From positions 1 to 49,639 of the forward strand of contig JAZQWF010000035.1 of NCBI GenBank assembly GCA_045632185.1: DNA of 49,639 nucleotides. The letters run 5' to 3'. The translations under genes were made by a program, and so were the position numbers. This DNA comes from Eubacteriales bacterium. GTDB taxonomy: Bacteria; Bacillota; Clostridia; Oscillospirales; CAG-272. How positions within the stretch are numbered: the first letter of the stretch is position 1; every line of letters begins with the position of its first letter. Shown here in pieces: positions 9,461 through 18,575 of this stretch. The notes beneath the pieces are model-generated. The model was given only the letters and a program-made list of their open reading frames with translations, searched no databases and was not told where the DNA came from.

Positions 9461-10180
9461 TTACTTGCCGGAAGCACGCGCTTGCTTTTCTGCGTCCCAG
9501 CGCGCCTGATTGGCATGCACACGCGCGATCTCGGCATCGCGATCCTTCATCCACATATAACTGAAACGCAGCTCGGTTCCATGCGCGATACGACGCAGAT
9601 TATGGATATGCTTGATGATCATAACGACCGTAACGATACAAAGCACACCAATGGCAGCCCAGCCACCGCTCGCACGCTTCAACCAACCGACGTTCAGATC
9701 TCCCAGCACGCCATAAAGGACGGGGATGATCACGCTTGCTGTGATCGGCACGATGCAGATATAATCCACAACCAGAACGACTACGATCTCGATGGCCAGC
9801 AGGATCAAAAGCAAACGCCAGTCAATGGCCAGCAGGATGCCGCCAAGACAGGCAAGCCCCTTGCCGCCCTTGAATTTCATAAAGATCGGGAAAATATGAC
9901 CGATCGTACAGGCAGCACCTGCCACCTCGGCGATCACGGGCACATCGGTGAAAATAACGGGGGCCAACCACATCACGGCTGCCGCCTTCACGATATCGAA
10001 AAGAGCGCTGAACAAAGCAACAGATTTGCCCATAAGGATCAGCGCGTTGGACGCGCCTGCGTTGCCGGAACCCTTTTTACGGATATCCATTCCCTTTATT
10101 TTACCGATGATAAACGCGGGATTGATACACCCAACAAGATATGCGCTGAGCGCGCACAAGATGATTTTGAATGCCATCAT
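9461..10180 (-). CDS. plsY: Glycerol-3-phosphate acyltransferase PlsY
   Basis: DIRKKGSGNAGASN, DIVKA, GHIFPIFMKFKGGKG, KHIHNLRRI..GTE. Confidence 0.9.
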   Translation of the reverse strand: MMAFKIILCALSAYLVGCINPAFIIGKIKGMDIRKKGSGNAGASNALILMGKSVALFSALFDIVKAAAVMWLAPVIFTDVPVIAEVAGAACTIGHIFPIFMKFKGGKGLACLGGILLAIDWRLLLILLAIEIVVVLVVDYICIVPITASVIIPVLYGVLGDLNVGWLKRASGGWAAIGVLCIVTVVMIIKHIHNLRRIAHGTELRFSYMWMKDRDAEIARVHANQARWDAEKQARASGK

Positions 10181-10276
10181 TTTCTCCATTTCTCTTGTTC
10201 TCATTTTGCTTGATAAGTTTCCAAGCAATCCAACTTACGGTCTATTATACCATAAATCTACAAAATATGCAATTGG

Positions 10277-11176
10277 TCATATTAGCGTAACTGCATATTT
10301 TTTCAGTAGCGCTACGGGGCGCCAGGAAAGCTTTGCCGCGCGCAGATTGGGAAGGCCCATATCCTCCTCGCGGTTGACCGTAGTGATCTCCGGATACTTC
10401 TCACGCATCGCCCGCACAAACTCGCGGTTGATCAGGGGATATGCCCCCTCAAATTCAGGTGTGGCCTTTTCAAAGTGTACGCAAAGACAGGTGGGCGTGA
10501 CACGGCTGCCGATGGCAAATGCGGCGGGAACACCGTCGGCGTACAAGATGATACCTTCCAAGGAGAGCGCCTTCCACGCGGCAAGCGCGCGCTCAATGGC
10601 GCACTGCTCCTCTCCAACATCCTGCTTGCCCTCCTGCCACTGCTTCAAAATCTCGGCGCAATCCTCAAATCTTTCAGGCACAAGAGGGGTAACGTGCCAA
10701 TCATGCGCGGCACAAAAGGCATTGATATGGTTGCGCTTGCCGTGCAGCTTTTTTCCGGAAAGGGTGGAAAGCTTCTCTGCATCGTAAAGATAGTCCTCGT
10801 AATCGCGGGTTTCCGAAATCTCTAATTTCTCGCCCCATTGTGCCACTAATTGGGGCAATTCCTCCTCGCTGACACCCACAAAGCAAAGGCGCTCACCTCT
10901 CTCCCTACACTCCTTTTCCAGCGCGGCAAGCACGGGCGAGGGATCTCCCTCTCCCACGGGAAAAAGATAGTGATATCCATCATCGTGGCGAAGGCGCACG
11001 GCGGCACGGCCGTGCAAAAAAGCGATCTGCTTGTGATACTTTTCGTCCCACGCATACAAATTGGCTACGGCATAATCCGCCGAGGGCGCAACAAGTGGCA
11101 GCGTGCGGTAGCGCATGCAAGCGTCAAGCGAGGCGCGCTCCCATACCAAAACGGAGCTTTCTGCAACGCTTTGCAT
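10277..11176 (-). CDS. DUF2156 / phosphatidylglycerol lysyltransferase C-terminal-like (GNAT fold) protein
   Basis: DYLYDAEKLSTLSGKKLHGKRNHIN, VHFEKA, NREEDMGLPNLRAAKLSWRP. Confidence 0.85.
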   Translation of the reverse strand: MQSVAESSVLVWERASLDACMRYRTLPLVAPSADYAVANLYAWDEKYHKQIAFLHGRAAVRLRHDDGYHYLFPVGEGDPSPVLAALEKECRERGERLCFVGVSEEELPQLVAQWGEKLEISETRDYEDYLYDAEKLSTLSGKKLHGKRNHINAFCAAHDWHVTPLVPERFEDCAEILKQWQEGKQDVGEEQCAIERALAAWKALSLEGIILYADGVPAAFAIGSRVTPTCLCVHFEKATPEFEGAYPLINREFVRAMREKYPEITTVNREEDMGLPNLRAAKLSWRPVALLKKYAVTLI

Positions 11177-11373
11177 TATTTCTCCTTATAGTAGAGCATA
11201 CAGTGGCAAAAGCCCTCGAAATCCGGATCTGCGATCTGATCGCGGAATTCCTTGCACATGCACTTGTTTTCGGGCGTACGCTCCAAGCGGCAGGGGCAGT
11301 ATCCCCCCGTCATTTTGAGCCCCTGCTTGATCTGGGCTACGATTTCCTTATCCGTGTTTTCTTTGATCTTCAT
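11176..11373 (-). CDS. Ferredoxin:thioredoxin reductase catalytic-subunit-like protein
   Basis: GYCPC...CMC...GFCHC six-Cys FTR pattern in 65 aa. Confidence 0.85.
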   Translation of the reverse strand: MKIKENTDKEIVAQIKQGLKMTGGYCPCRLERTPENKCMCKEFRDQIADPDFEGFCHCMLYYKEK

Positions 11374-11448
11374 TTTTCTTCCTCCCTACTTGATTTTTCT
11401 TGTATTTTCGGTTATACTGATAATATCTCATCAAAGGAGAATATCAAT

Positions 11449-11754
11449 ATGGCAGTTGAAAAAATCACCGCACAGAATTTTAACGATTTTATAAAGGACG
11501 GCACCGCCGTAGTCGACTTTTACGCGGACTGGTGCGGCCCTTGCCGCATGCTGGCTCCCGCCTTGGAGCAGATCGCCGACGAGCACCCCGAGATCCGCGT
11601 AGGCAAGCTGAACGTGGACGAGGCACACGCCCTTGCCGCACGCTTCGGCATTTCCTCGATCCCCTTCGTGGCCCGCTTTGAAAACGGCACGCTGACGCAC
11701 TCCGCTCTTGGCTTTATGCCCGCTTCTGCGCTTTGCGATAAGCTTGGTATATAA
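11449..11754 (+). CDS. trxA: Thioredoxin
   Basis: VDFYADWCGPCR, GISSIP; ATG 11449 after AAGGAG. Confidence 0.93.
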   Translation: MAVEKITAQNFNDFIKDGTAVVDFYADWCGPCRMLAPALEQIADEHPEIRVGKLNVDEAHALAARFGISSIPFVARFENGTLTHSALGFMPASALCDKLGI

Positions 11755-11851
11755 TAGTATATCAATTTTTATAAAAAAAGTAAAGCATTTTATTGACAAA
11801 AAAAGCGCGAAATAGTATAATAAAAGCATCAAGTTAAAGGAGGATCTAACC

Positions 11852-12052
11852 ATGATCGTTACGAAAGATAGCATTATCGGCGATGTGCTGGACTTCAATC
11901 CCGGCACTGCACAGTTCTTCTTCGCCATCGGCATGCATTGCCTTGGCTGCCCCGCATCCCGCGGTGAAAGCATCGCAGACGCCTGCGCCGTTCACGGCAC
12001 CGACGCTGACGAGCTGATTGCAAAACTGAACGCATTTCTGGCCGAGCAATAA
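11852..12052 (+). CDS. DUF1858 / hybrid-cluster-protein-associated redox disulfide domain protein
   Basis: GMHCLGCPASRGESIADACAVHG; TTGACA-N17-TATAAT promoter at 11793-11821. Confidence 0.88.
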   Translation: MIVTKDSIIGDVLDFNPGTAQFFFAIGMHCLGCPASRGESIADACAVHGTDADELIAKLNAFLAEQ

Positions 12053-12103
12053 GGCGATGGAAAAGTCGGGGTGCGCCCCGACTTTTCTTTTACGGAGGAT
12101 ATT

Positions 12104-12877
12104 ATGACGATTGCAAAACTGTATGAGATCTTAGAAACAAATGCCCCCCGCACCCTTTGCGCCGAGTGGGATAACGACGGCTTTGCCTGCCTTGCAGATT
12201 CCGCAAAGGAGATAAAGCGCGTGCTGATCGCGCTGGACGCGACCGAGGCCGTGGTGGATCACGCCGTAAAGGGCGGGTTTGATCTGCTGCTGACGCATCA
12301 CCCGCTTCTTTTCCGCGGTGTGAAGGCGCTGACTGTGGAAAAATGCGTTCCCCGCAAGCTGTTGAAGCTGGCGCTGGGTGGCGTAGCGGCGCTCTCCTTG
12401 CACACGCGTCTGGACGCCGCAAAGGGCGGCGTCAACGACGTACTGGCAGAGCTGCTGGGCCTTACCGACGTGCGCGCCTTTGCCCCTGAGGGAGAGGTTC
12501 CCTGCGGCCGCATCGGCAAGCTGCAAGCTCCCGTGGAGCTTTCCGACTTTTCTCGTACCGTTTGCCGCCTTTTGGACGCACCCGCCGTCAACTTGATCGG
12601 CAAGGGTAAGGTGCAGACCGTTGCCGTGATCGGCGGCGAGGGAGGCGATTTTGTGGACGCGGCACGCCGCGAGGGCGCTGACGTGATCCTTGCGGGACGC
12701 ATCGGCTATCACCGTATGCTGGACGCCGCAGAGGACGGTATTCGCGCCATCGAGGCGGGACACTTCTACACCGAGCGCCCCGTGCTTTCCTATCTTTTTG
12801 ACCTTGTAAAAAAGGCAGATGCAGGCATCGAGGTTGAGATCCTGAACACCCCCACCATTCAAACCGTTACGAAATAA
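12104..12877 (+). CDS. Nif3-like dinuclear metal center protein (YqfO/YbgI)
   Basis: EWDNDG, LLLTHHPLLF, SLHTRLD, GGVND, IEAGHFYTE. Confidence 0.92.
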   Translation: MTIAKLYEILETNAPRTLCAEWDNDGFACLADSAKEIKRVLIALDATEAVVDHAVKGGFDLLLTHHPLLFRGVKALTVEKCVPRKLLKLALGGVAALSLHTRLDAAKGGVNDVLAELLGLTDVRAFAPEGEVPCGRIGKLQAPVELSDFSRTVCRLLDAPAVNLIGKGKVQTVAVIGGEGGDFVDAARREGADVILAGRIGYHRMLDAAEDGIRAIEAGHFYTERPVLSYLFDLVKKADAGIEVEILNTPTIQTVTK

Positions 12878-12890
12878 AGGAGATTGCGAT

Positions 12891-13550
12891 ATGACCTACG
12901 TGGTAACAAATTTGCACGGAAATAACACGGGCTTTCAACAGCTTTTGCAGACGATCAAATTCAAGGATAAGGATATTTTGTACGTCCTTGGCGACAGCGT
13001 GGATTTCGGCGAGGAAAGCATGGATCTGCTCACCGATATGAGCATGCGCGTGAACGTGTACCCCATCGCGGGCGAGCACGATCTCAAAGCGCTTCGCATG
13101 CTGACGGGCTTTGAAAAAATGTTGAAGGAGGGTGGCGCTCCCACCCCCGAGTTCTCTGCCGAAATGACCGCTTGGGCGCAGGACGGCGGCATGGCGACCC
13201 TTACGGGCTACCGCGCGCTGGATGCCGAAATGCGTGAGGGCGTGCTGGATTATCTGGCCGAGTTTATGCTTTGCGACGAGGTGAAGGCAGGCAGCAAGAC
13301 CTATTTCCTTGCACACGCGGGACTTTCGGGTTACGACGCAGACAAGGCCCCCGAGGACTACGAGCCCGAGGAGGTTTTCGCCACCACTCTGCCCGACGCG
13401 GACTTTTTCAAGAAGCGCACGCTGGTGGTCGGCCACGTTCCCACGGCAAGTGGCAAGATCGAGCGCCGTGACGGCGTGATCTATCTGGATTGCGGTATGG
13501 GCAAGATCGGTTGCCTGTGTCTGGAAACCGACGAGGAATACTATGCCTGA
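12891..13550 (+). CDS. Calcineurin-like metallophosphoesterase (Ser/Thr phosphatase-like), degenerate motifs
   Basis: NLHG, LGDSVDFG, GEHD, AHAG, VGHVPT, YLDCG. Confidence 0.8.
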   Translation: MTYVVTNLHGNNTGFQQLLQTIKFKDKDILYVLGDSVDFGEESMDLLTDMSMRVNVYPIAGEHDLKALRMLTGFEKMLKEGGAPTPEFSAEMTAWAQDGGMATLTGYRALDAEMREGVLDYLAEFMLCDEVKAGSKTYFLAHAGLSGYDADKAPEDYEPEEVFATTLPDADFFKKRTLVVGHVPTASGKIERRDGVIYLDCGMGKIGCLCLETDEEYYA

Positions 13551-14925
13551 TCCCATCGCAAAGGGTGCAGAACTGACACTTCTGATCACCGACTTAAACA
13601 ATCTTGGTTGCGGCGTAGGCCGCGCGCCCGATGGGCGCGCGGTCTTTGTTGCAGGCGCAGTGGCAGGCGACACCGTCACGGCGCAGGTCATCAAGGTGAA
13701 CAAAAGCTATCTGGTGGCACGCCTTATCGCGGTGCTTACCCCCTCCCCCGACCGCGAGGAGGGATTTTGCGAGGCGCCCGCCTCCTGTGGCGGCTGCGTG
13801 TACCGCAACCTCAGTTATGAAAAGGAATTGGAATTGAAGCGCTCCTTTGTGGAGTACGCCTTCCGCAAGGCACAGCTCTCTGACGTGGAGATCGCCCCCG
13901 TGCGCCACACAGGCGTGACCAAGGGCTACCGCAACAAAGCAGAATACCCCATAACGGGTAGCAAAAACGGACTTTTCGGCGGCTTTTACGCGCAGAAAAC
14001 GCACCGCGTGGTGCCCGCCTACGGTTGCGCACTGCAACCCGCCGTGTTTGGTGAGATCCTGCGCTTCTTCTGCGAATTTTATACCGCGAAGGGCGTTTCC
14101 GCCTACGACGAGGAAAGCGGCAAGGGGCTTTTACGTCATTTGTACCTGCGCGAAGGCAAAGCCACCGGTGAATTGATGGTTTGCCCCGTGCTCAACGGAC
14201 GCGAGCTGCCCCACGCGCTGGAATTTGTCGGCAAGCTGATCGAAAAATTCCCGCAGGTGACCTCCGTGGTGCTGAATGAAAACACCAAGCAGACCAACGT
14301 GGTGCTGGGCGAAAAATATCACGCGTTGTACGGCAATCCGTACATTGAGGACGTGCTTTGCGGCAAGAGATTGCGCGTGATGCCCGCCTCCTTCTATCAG
14401 GTCAACCACGATGCCACCGAGCTGCTTTACGGCATCGCCGCCGAGCAGACCGGTCTTAACGGCAAGGGCCTTTTGCTTGATCTTTACTGCGGCGCGGGCA
14501 GCATCGGCCTTTCAATGGCAGAGCGCGCCGAGGAATTGATCGGTATTGAGATCGTACCCGATGCCATCAAATGTGCAAACGTGAATAAGTCCCTGAACGG
14601 GGTAAAAAACGCACACTTTTATTGCGGTGACGCTGCTGACACCGAAAAGCTGCTTGCCGAGGCGGAGGCCGCGCGCGGCACGCTCCACCCCGACGTGGTG
14701 ATCCTGGATCCCCCGCGCAAGGGCTGCGATGCTTCGCTTTTGCATTTTCTTGCAAAACGAGAGGTTCCTCGTATCGTGTACGTTTCCTGCGGCCCCGACT
14801 CCCTCGCCCGCGATTGCGCGATCCTGCGCAGCCTCGGCTATGAGATCGGCACCGTCACCCCCGTGGACCTGTTCCCCAGAACGGGACACGTGGAAAGTGT
14901 CGTTTGTCTGACAAAATACTCTTAA
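13543..14925 (+). CDS. rlmD: 23S rRNA (uracil-1939-C5)-methyltransferase
   Basis: TRAM N-terminus, CGGC, SFYQVN, DLYCGAGSIG, LDPPRKG, YVSC, VDLFPRTGHVESV. Confidence 0.95.
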   Translation: MPDPIAKGAELTLLITDLNNLGCGVGRAPDGRAVFVAGAVAGDTVTAQVIKVNKSYLVARLIAVLTPSPDREEGFCEAPASCGGCVYRNLSYEKELELKRSFVEYAFRKAQLSDVEIAPVRHTGVTKGYRNKAEYPITGSKNGLFGGFYAQKTHRVVPAYGCALQPAVFGEILRFFCEFYTAKGVSAYDEESGKGLLRHLYLREGKATGELMVCPVLNGRELPHALEFVGKLIEKFPQVTSVVLNENTKQTNVVLGEKYHALYGNPYIEDVLCGKRLRVMPASFYQVNHDATELLYGIAAEQTGLNGKGLLLDLYCGAGSIGLSMAERAEELIGIEIVPDAIKCANVNKSLNGVKNAHFYCGDAADTEKLLAEAEAARGTLHPDVVILDPPRKGCDASLLHFLAKREVPRIVYVSCGPDSLARDCAILRSLGYEIGTVTPVDLFPRTGHVESVVCLTKYS

Positions 14926-14964
14926 AAGCCACTCGTTTCATCACAAACATTTTGAGGTTTGCCT

Positions 14965-15513
14965 ATGGAAACTTATGAAAACATCTTGAACAACGCGCGT
15001 CTTGTTGTGAAAAGCATTTTTGCCAAAATACAAGAATATCCCCATTTCGAAGAAATACAGAAACGCGCAAAAAAAGCAGAAGAAAAAATTGATTATCACT
15101 TTTCTGACATTTCCTACCTGCCGGTTATTTTTTGCAGAACAAAAATCCCCCCTGGCAAAAACAACTACATGAATGAAACATTAGCCCAACTGGGTGATTT
15201 CGTTTTGGATCTCGTTATTGCTGAACTATATTTCTCTCAAGGGAAAGGAAAAGCAGAAATAGATCGTGCAAGGCAGAATACAGCACGCAATTCTTGCCTC
15301 ATTAATTTCACGAATACAAAAGAGCTAGTGCAATTTTGTTATAACGAACAGCATTTTCACGATGAGCCCAATGTGCCTGATCACGAAAAAGTATCCGCTA
15401 ACCAGCATGATTCTTTCGTAGAGGCACTCATAGGTGCAATTTATTTGGACGGCGGCTTAAACGAAGCAAGAAAGTGGATATATGAAAATATAATCAAAAA
15501 TATAATCAATTAA
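14965..15513 (+). CDS. Ribonuclease III-domain protein without dsRBD (Mini-III-like), AT-rich
   Basis: NETLAQLGDFVLDL and VEALIGAIYLDGG RNase III signature segments; visibly more AT-rich than flanking genes. Confidence 0.8.
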   Translation: METYENILNNARLVVKSIFAKIQEYPHFEEIQKRAKKAEEKIDYHFSDISYLPVIFCRTKIPPGKNNYMNETLAQLGDFVLDLVIAELYFSQGKGKAEIDRARQNTARNSCLINFTNTKELVQFCYNEQHFHDEPNVPDHEKVSANQHDSFVEALIGAIYLDGGLNEARKWIYENIIKNIIN

Positions 15514-15580
15514 AATAAAGCAAAGTTTTATTTCTGCTGCAAAGCTGATCACCACTTGATCAAAACCAAAACGGCAGGAA

Positions 15581-15688
15581 ACTCACGCGCGGGGCTTTTA
15601 TGAAAAATTCGGCTTTACCGTCACCTCACCCGAATTTTTGGAGGAAAGCGTCCCCCACGTGGTAATGGAGTATCAGGAAACAAAATGA
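15581..15688 (+). pseudogene. 3' remnant of an ElaA-type GNAT acetyltransferase
   Basis: Manual translation THARGFYEKFGFTVTSPEFLEESVPHVVMEYQETK*; no start codon (in-frame TGA at 15557); its stop overlaps the next gene's ATG (ATGA). Confidence 0.7.
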
Positions 15689-16203
15689 AAATGAACTTAA
15701 CCGAGATCAAGCGCGAGGATTTCGACGGCATATACGCCGCGATGGAGCGCAATTTTATCCCCGACGAGCGCCGAGACCACGCGCACGCAAGGCGCGTGCT
15801 GGACTGCCCCGAATTTCACGTATGCCACGTAGAGTGCGAGGGTGAAAAAGTGGGCTTCGTCAGCTATTGGTGCCTTGACGGAGTAACTTTCTTTGAACAT
15901 TTCGTGATCTACGAGCCCTTCCGCGGCAACGGGCTCGGCGCAAAGGTATTGGCGCTGATGAAGGAGAAATTCTCCCCTCTCGTGCTGGAATGTGAGCGCC
16001 CCGAAACCCGCTTGCAAGCACGCCGTGTGGCCTTTTACAAGCGCAACGGCTTTTGCTGCAACGATTGCGATTACCATCAGCCCGCCTACGCCGAGAACGG
16101 CAACGAGGTGCCGATGCTGCTTTTAAGCTTCCCCTCTGCGCTCTCCGATCCGCACGCCGTGGCGGCACAGATCCGCCGCGAGGTGTATGAAAGAACAAAA
16201 TAA
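15685..16203 (+). CDS. GNAT family N-acetyltransferase
   Basis: FEHFVIYEPFRGNGLGAK, RRVAFYKRNGF, YHQP. Confidence 0.88.
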   Translation: MKMNLTEIKREDFDGIYAAMERNFIPDERRDHAHARRVLDCPEFHVCHVECEGEKVGFVSYWCLDGVTFFEHFVIYEPFRGNGLGAKVLALMKEKFSPLVLECERPETRLQARRVAFYKRNGFCCNDCDYHQPAYAENGNEVPMLLLSFPSALSDPHAVAAQIRREVYERTK

Positions 16204-16319
16204 TCCGGCAAAAAATCAGCCCTTTTCACGCGAAAGGGTTGATTTTTTTATATTATCTTGTATAATTAAGTTATATCTGTCGCCCGTGCGCGGGCACACC
16301 TACCAAAAGGAGATCAGTT

Positions 16320-18572
16320 ATGAAAAAAGACGCCATCTGGATCACCGCCCCCAAGGATATGGGCGTGGCTGCTACCACCTTTCAAAAGGAGTTCTCTCTG
16401 CCCGCAGGCAAGCAGGTGAAAAAGGCAACGCTTTGCATTTCCGCCATGGGCGTTTACAAGACCGAGCTGAACGGCAAGCGCATTGACAAGGGCGTGCTGG
16501 CTCCCGGCTGGACCTGCTACAAGGATCGTATCCAATACGCCACGATCGACGTAACAGATCTGCTGGAAAAGGAAAATATCCTCGCGGTGGGCGTTGGACA
16601 GGGCTGGGCTGTGGGCTATATCGGACACGTGAACACCAATCACTGGTTCGCCGACCACACGTCCCTCATCGCTTGGCTGGATATCCTTTACGCCGACGGC
16701 ACAAAGGAGTGCATCGCCACCGACGAGAACTGGGACGTCTATAACAACGAGGTCACCTTTACCGAGATCTATCACGGCGAAACCGTAGACAAAACTCTGC
16801 CCATCAAGAAGCTTGGCAAAGCGGTAAAATCCGTGGTCAAGTCCAAGCTGGTGGCACAGGTGGGTGAAAACATCACCGAGCAGGAGCGCCTTGCACCCGT
16901 AAAATACTTCGTTACCCCCAAGGGCGAGCGCGTGATCGACTTCGGTCAGAATATGACGGGCTACGTGGAGCTTTCCGTCAAAGCCCCGCGCGGCAGCCGC
17001 ATCGTGCTTCACCACGCGGAAGTGTTGGACAAGGACGGCAACTTCTACACCGACAACTATCGTCTTGCACGCAACGAGATCACCTATATCTGCTCGGGCG
17101 AGGAGGATACCTTCAAGCCCACCTATACCTTCCAGGGCTACCGCTACGTGCAGCTGGTGGAATACCCCTTTGACGAGGTGGAGCTTGACAGCTTCCGTTC
17201 GATCGCTGTCAACTCTGAAATGACGCGCACGGGACGCTACCGCTGCGGCAATGAAAAAATCAATCAGCTGTATCACAACATCATCTGGGGACAGAAATCC
17301 AACTATCTGGACGTTCCCACCGACTGCCCGCAGCGCAACGAGCGCCTTGGTTGGACGGGCGATGCGCAGGTATTCTGCCGCACCGCCGCCATCAACTTTG
17401 ACGTGGAAAAATTCTTCGACAAGTGGCTTGGTGACGTGGCCATCGAGCAGGCCAAGGAGGACGGCGCCGTGCGCGGTGTCATTCCCGTGGCACAGCCCCA
17501 TCCCACGCGCATTTCCGCCGCTTGGGGTGATTGCGCGACCATCATTCCCATTGAGCTTTATCTTGCCTACGGCAACAAAAAGAACCTCAAAAAGTACCTG
17601 CCGATGATGAAGGCGTGGGTGGACTATCTGCGCCGCTTCGGCCCTGAGGAATACCTCTGGCTTGGCGGCTACCACTACGGTGACTGGCTGGCAATGGACG
17701 CAGGCGAGGACTCCTACGTGGGTGCGACCTCCAACGACCTCATTGCCACCGCGTTTTACGCGTACTCCTGCGAGCTTGTGGTGCGCGCAGGCGACATTCT
17801 CGGCGAGGACGTAGAGGAATATCGCACGCTTTACAAAAAGGTACGCGCCGCGTTCCGCGAATACTTTATGGAAAACGGTAGCCCCAAAGAGGAGCTTCCC
17901 TTCACCGAGATCTCGCTCCCCGGTCGCACCAAGGTCATCGACACGGTGCGCAAGGGTATCACGCAGACGGGCATTTCCCTTATTCTGCACTTCGGCCTTT
18001 GCGAGGAAAACGAGCGCGCAGCGCTTGCGGCAAAGCTGGTTGAGCTGATCTGCGAGAACGACAACCGTATGACCACGGGATTTGTTGGCACGCCGTACCT
18101 GCTGCACGTGCTTTCCGACAACGGCTATACCGACGTGGCGTACACGCTGCTCTTCCAGGAAAAGAACCCCTCGTGGCTGTATTCCGTGTGCCACGGTGCG
18201 ACCACGATGTGGGAGCATTGGAACTCGCTCAAAGAGGACGGCAGCTTTTGGAGCACGGATATGAACTCCTTTAACCACTACGCCTACGGTGCGGTGTTTG
18301 ATTGGATCTTCGGCGTTTCCAGCGGCATCAAGCCCGTGCTGAGCGCCCCCGCCTACAAGGAGGTAACGATCGCGCCCCACCCCGACAAGCGCCTTGGCTT
18401 TGCGGACGCCGCCATCGACACACGCAACGGCACGGTGCGCTCCTACTGGTACTATAAGGGCGATACCGTTTACTATGAATTTGAAATTCCCGCGGGTGTC
18501 ACGGCGCACGTCACGCTCCCCTCGGGCAGAAAGGAAACGCTTGGTGCCGGCAAGCATTGCTTCGCGGAATAA
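16320..18572 (+). CDS. Alpha-L-rhamnosidase, glycoside hydrolase family 78
   Basis: DFGQNMTG, TFQGYRYV, PTDCPQRNERLGWTGDA, GATTMWEHW, MNSFNHY; no signal peptide. Confidence 0.93.
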   Translation: MKKDAIWITAPKDMGVAATTFQKEFSLPAGKQVKKATLCISAMGVYKTELNGKRIDKGVLAPGWTCYKDRIQYATIDVTDLLEKENILAVGVGQGWAVGYIGHVNTNHWFADHTSLIAWLDILYADGTKECIATDENWDVYNNEVTFTEIYHGETVDKTLPIKKLGKAVKSVVKSKLVAQVGENITEQERLAPVKYFVTPKGERVIDFGQNMTGYVELSVKAPRGSRIVLHHAEVLDKDGNFYTDNYRLARNEITYICSGEEDTFKPTYTFQGYRYVQLVEYPFDEVELDSFRSIAVNSEMTRTGRYRCGNEKINQLYHNIIWGQKSNYLDVPTDCPQRNERLGWTGDAQVFCRTAAINFDVEKFFDKWLGDVAIEQAKEDGAVRGVIPVAQPHPTRISAAWGDCATIIPIELYLAYGNKKNLKKYLPMMKAWVDYLRRFGPEEYLWLGGYHYGDWLAMDAGEDSYVGATSNDLIATAFYAYSCELVVRAGDILGEDVEEYRTLYKKVRAAFREYFMENGSPKEELPFTEISLPGRTKVIDTVRKGITQTGISLILHFGLCEENERAALAAKLVELICENDNRMTTGFVGTPYLLHVLSDNGYTDVAYTLLFQEKNPSWLYSVCHGATTMWEHWNSLKEDGSFWSTDMNSFNHYAYGAVFDWIFGVSSGIKPVLSAPAYKEVTIAPHPDKRLGFADAAIDTRNGTVRSYWYYKGDTVYYEFEIPAGVTAHVTLPSGRKETLGAGKHCFAE

Positions 18573-18575
18573 ACT

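Noticed and set aside
14926-15580. Intact integrative element at rlmD
   Set aside because: No recombinase or transposase, and no duplicated rlmD 3' end (att repeat) was visible.
16314-18557. Long antisense ORFs (also 936-2375, 23450-24706, 24771-25946, 31975-33924, 45035-47602, 47635-49116)
   Set aside because: Shadows of well-supported genes on the opposite strand, expected from GC-rich codon bias; they carry no motifs or RBS.
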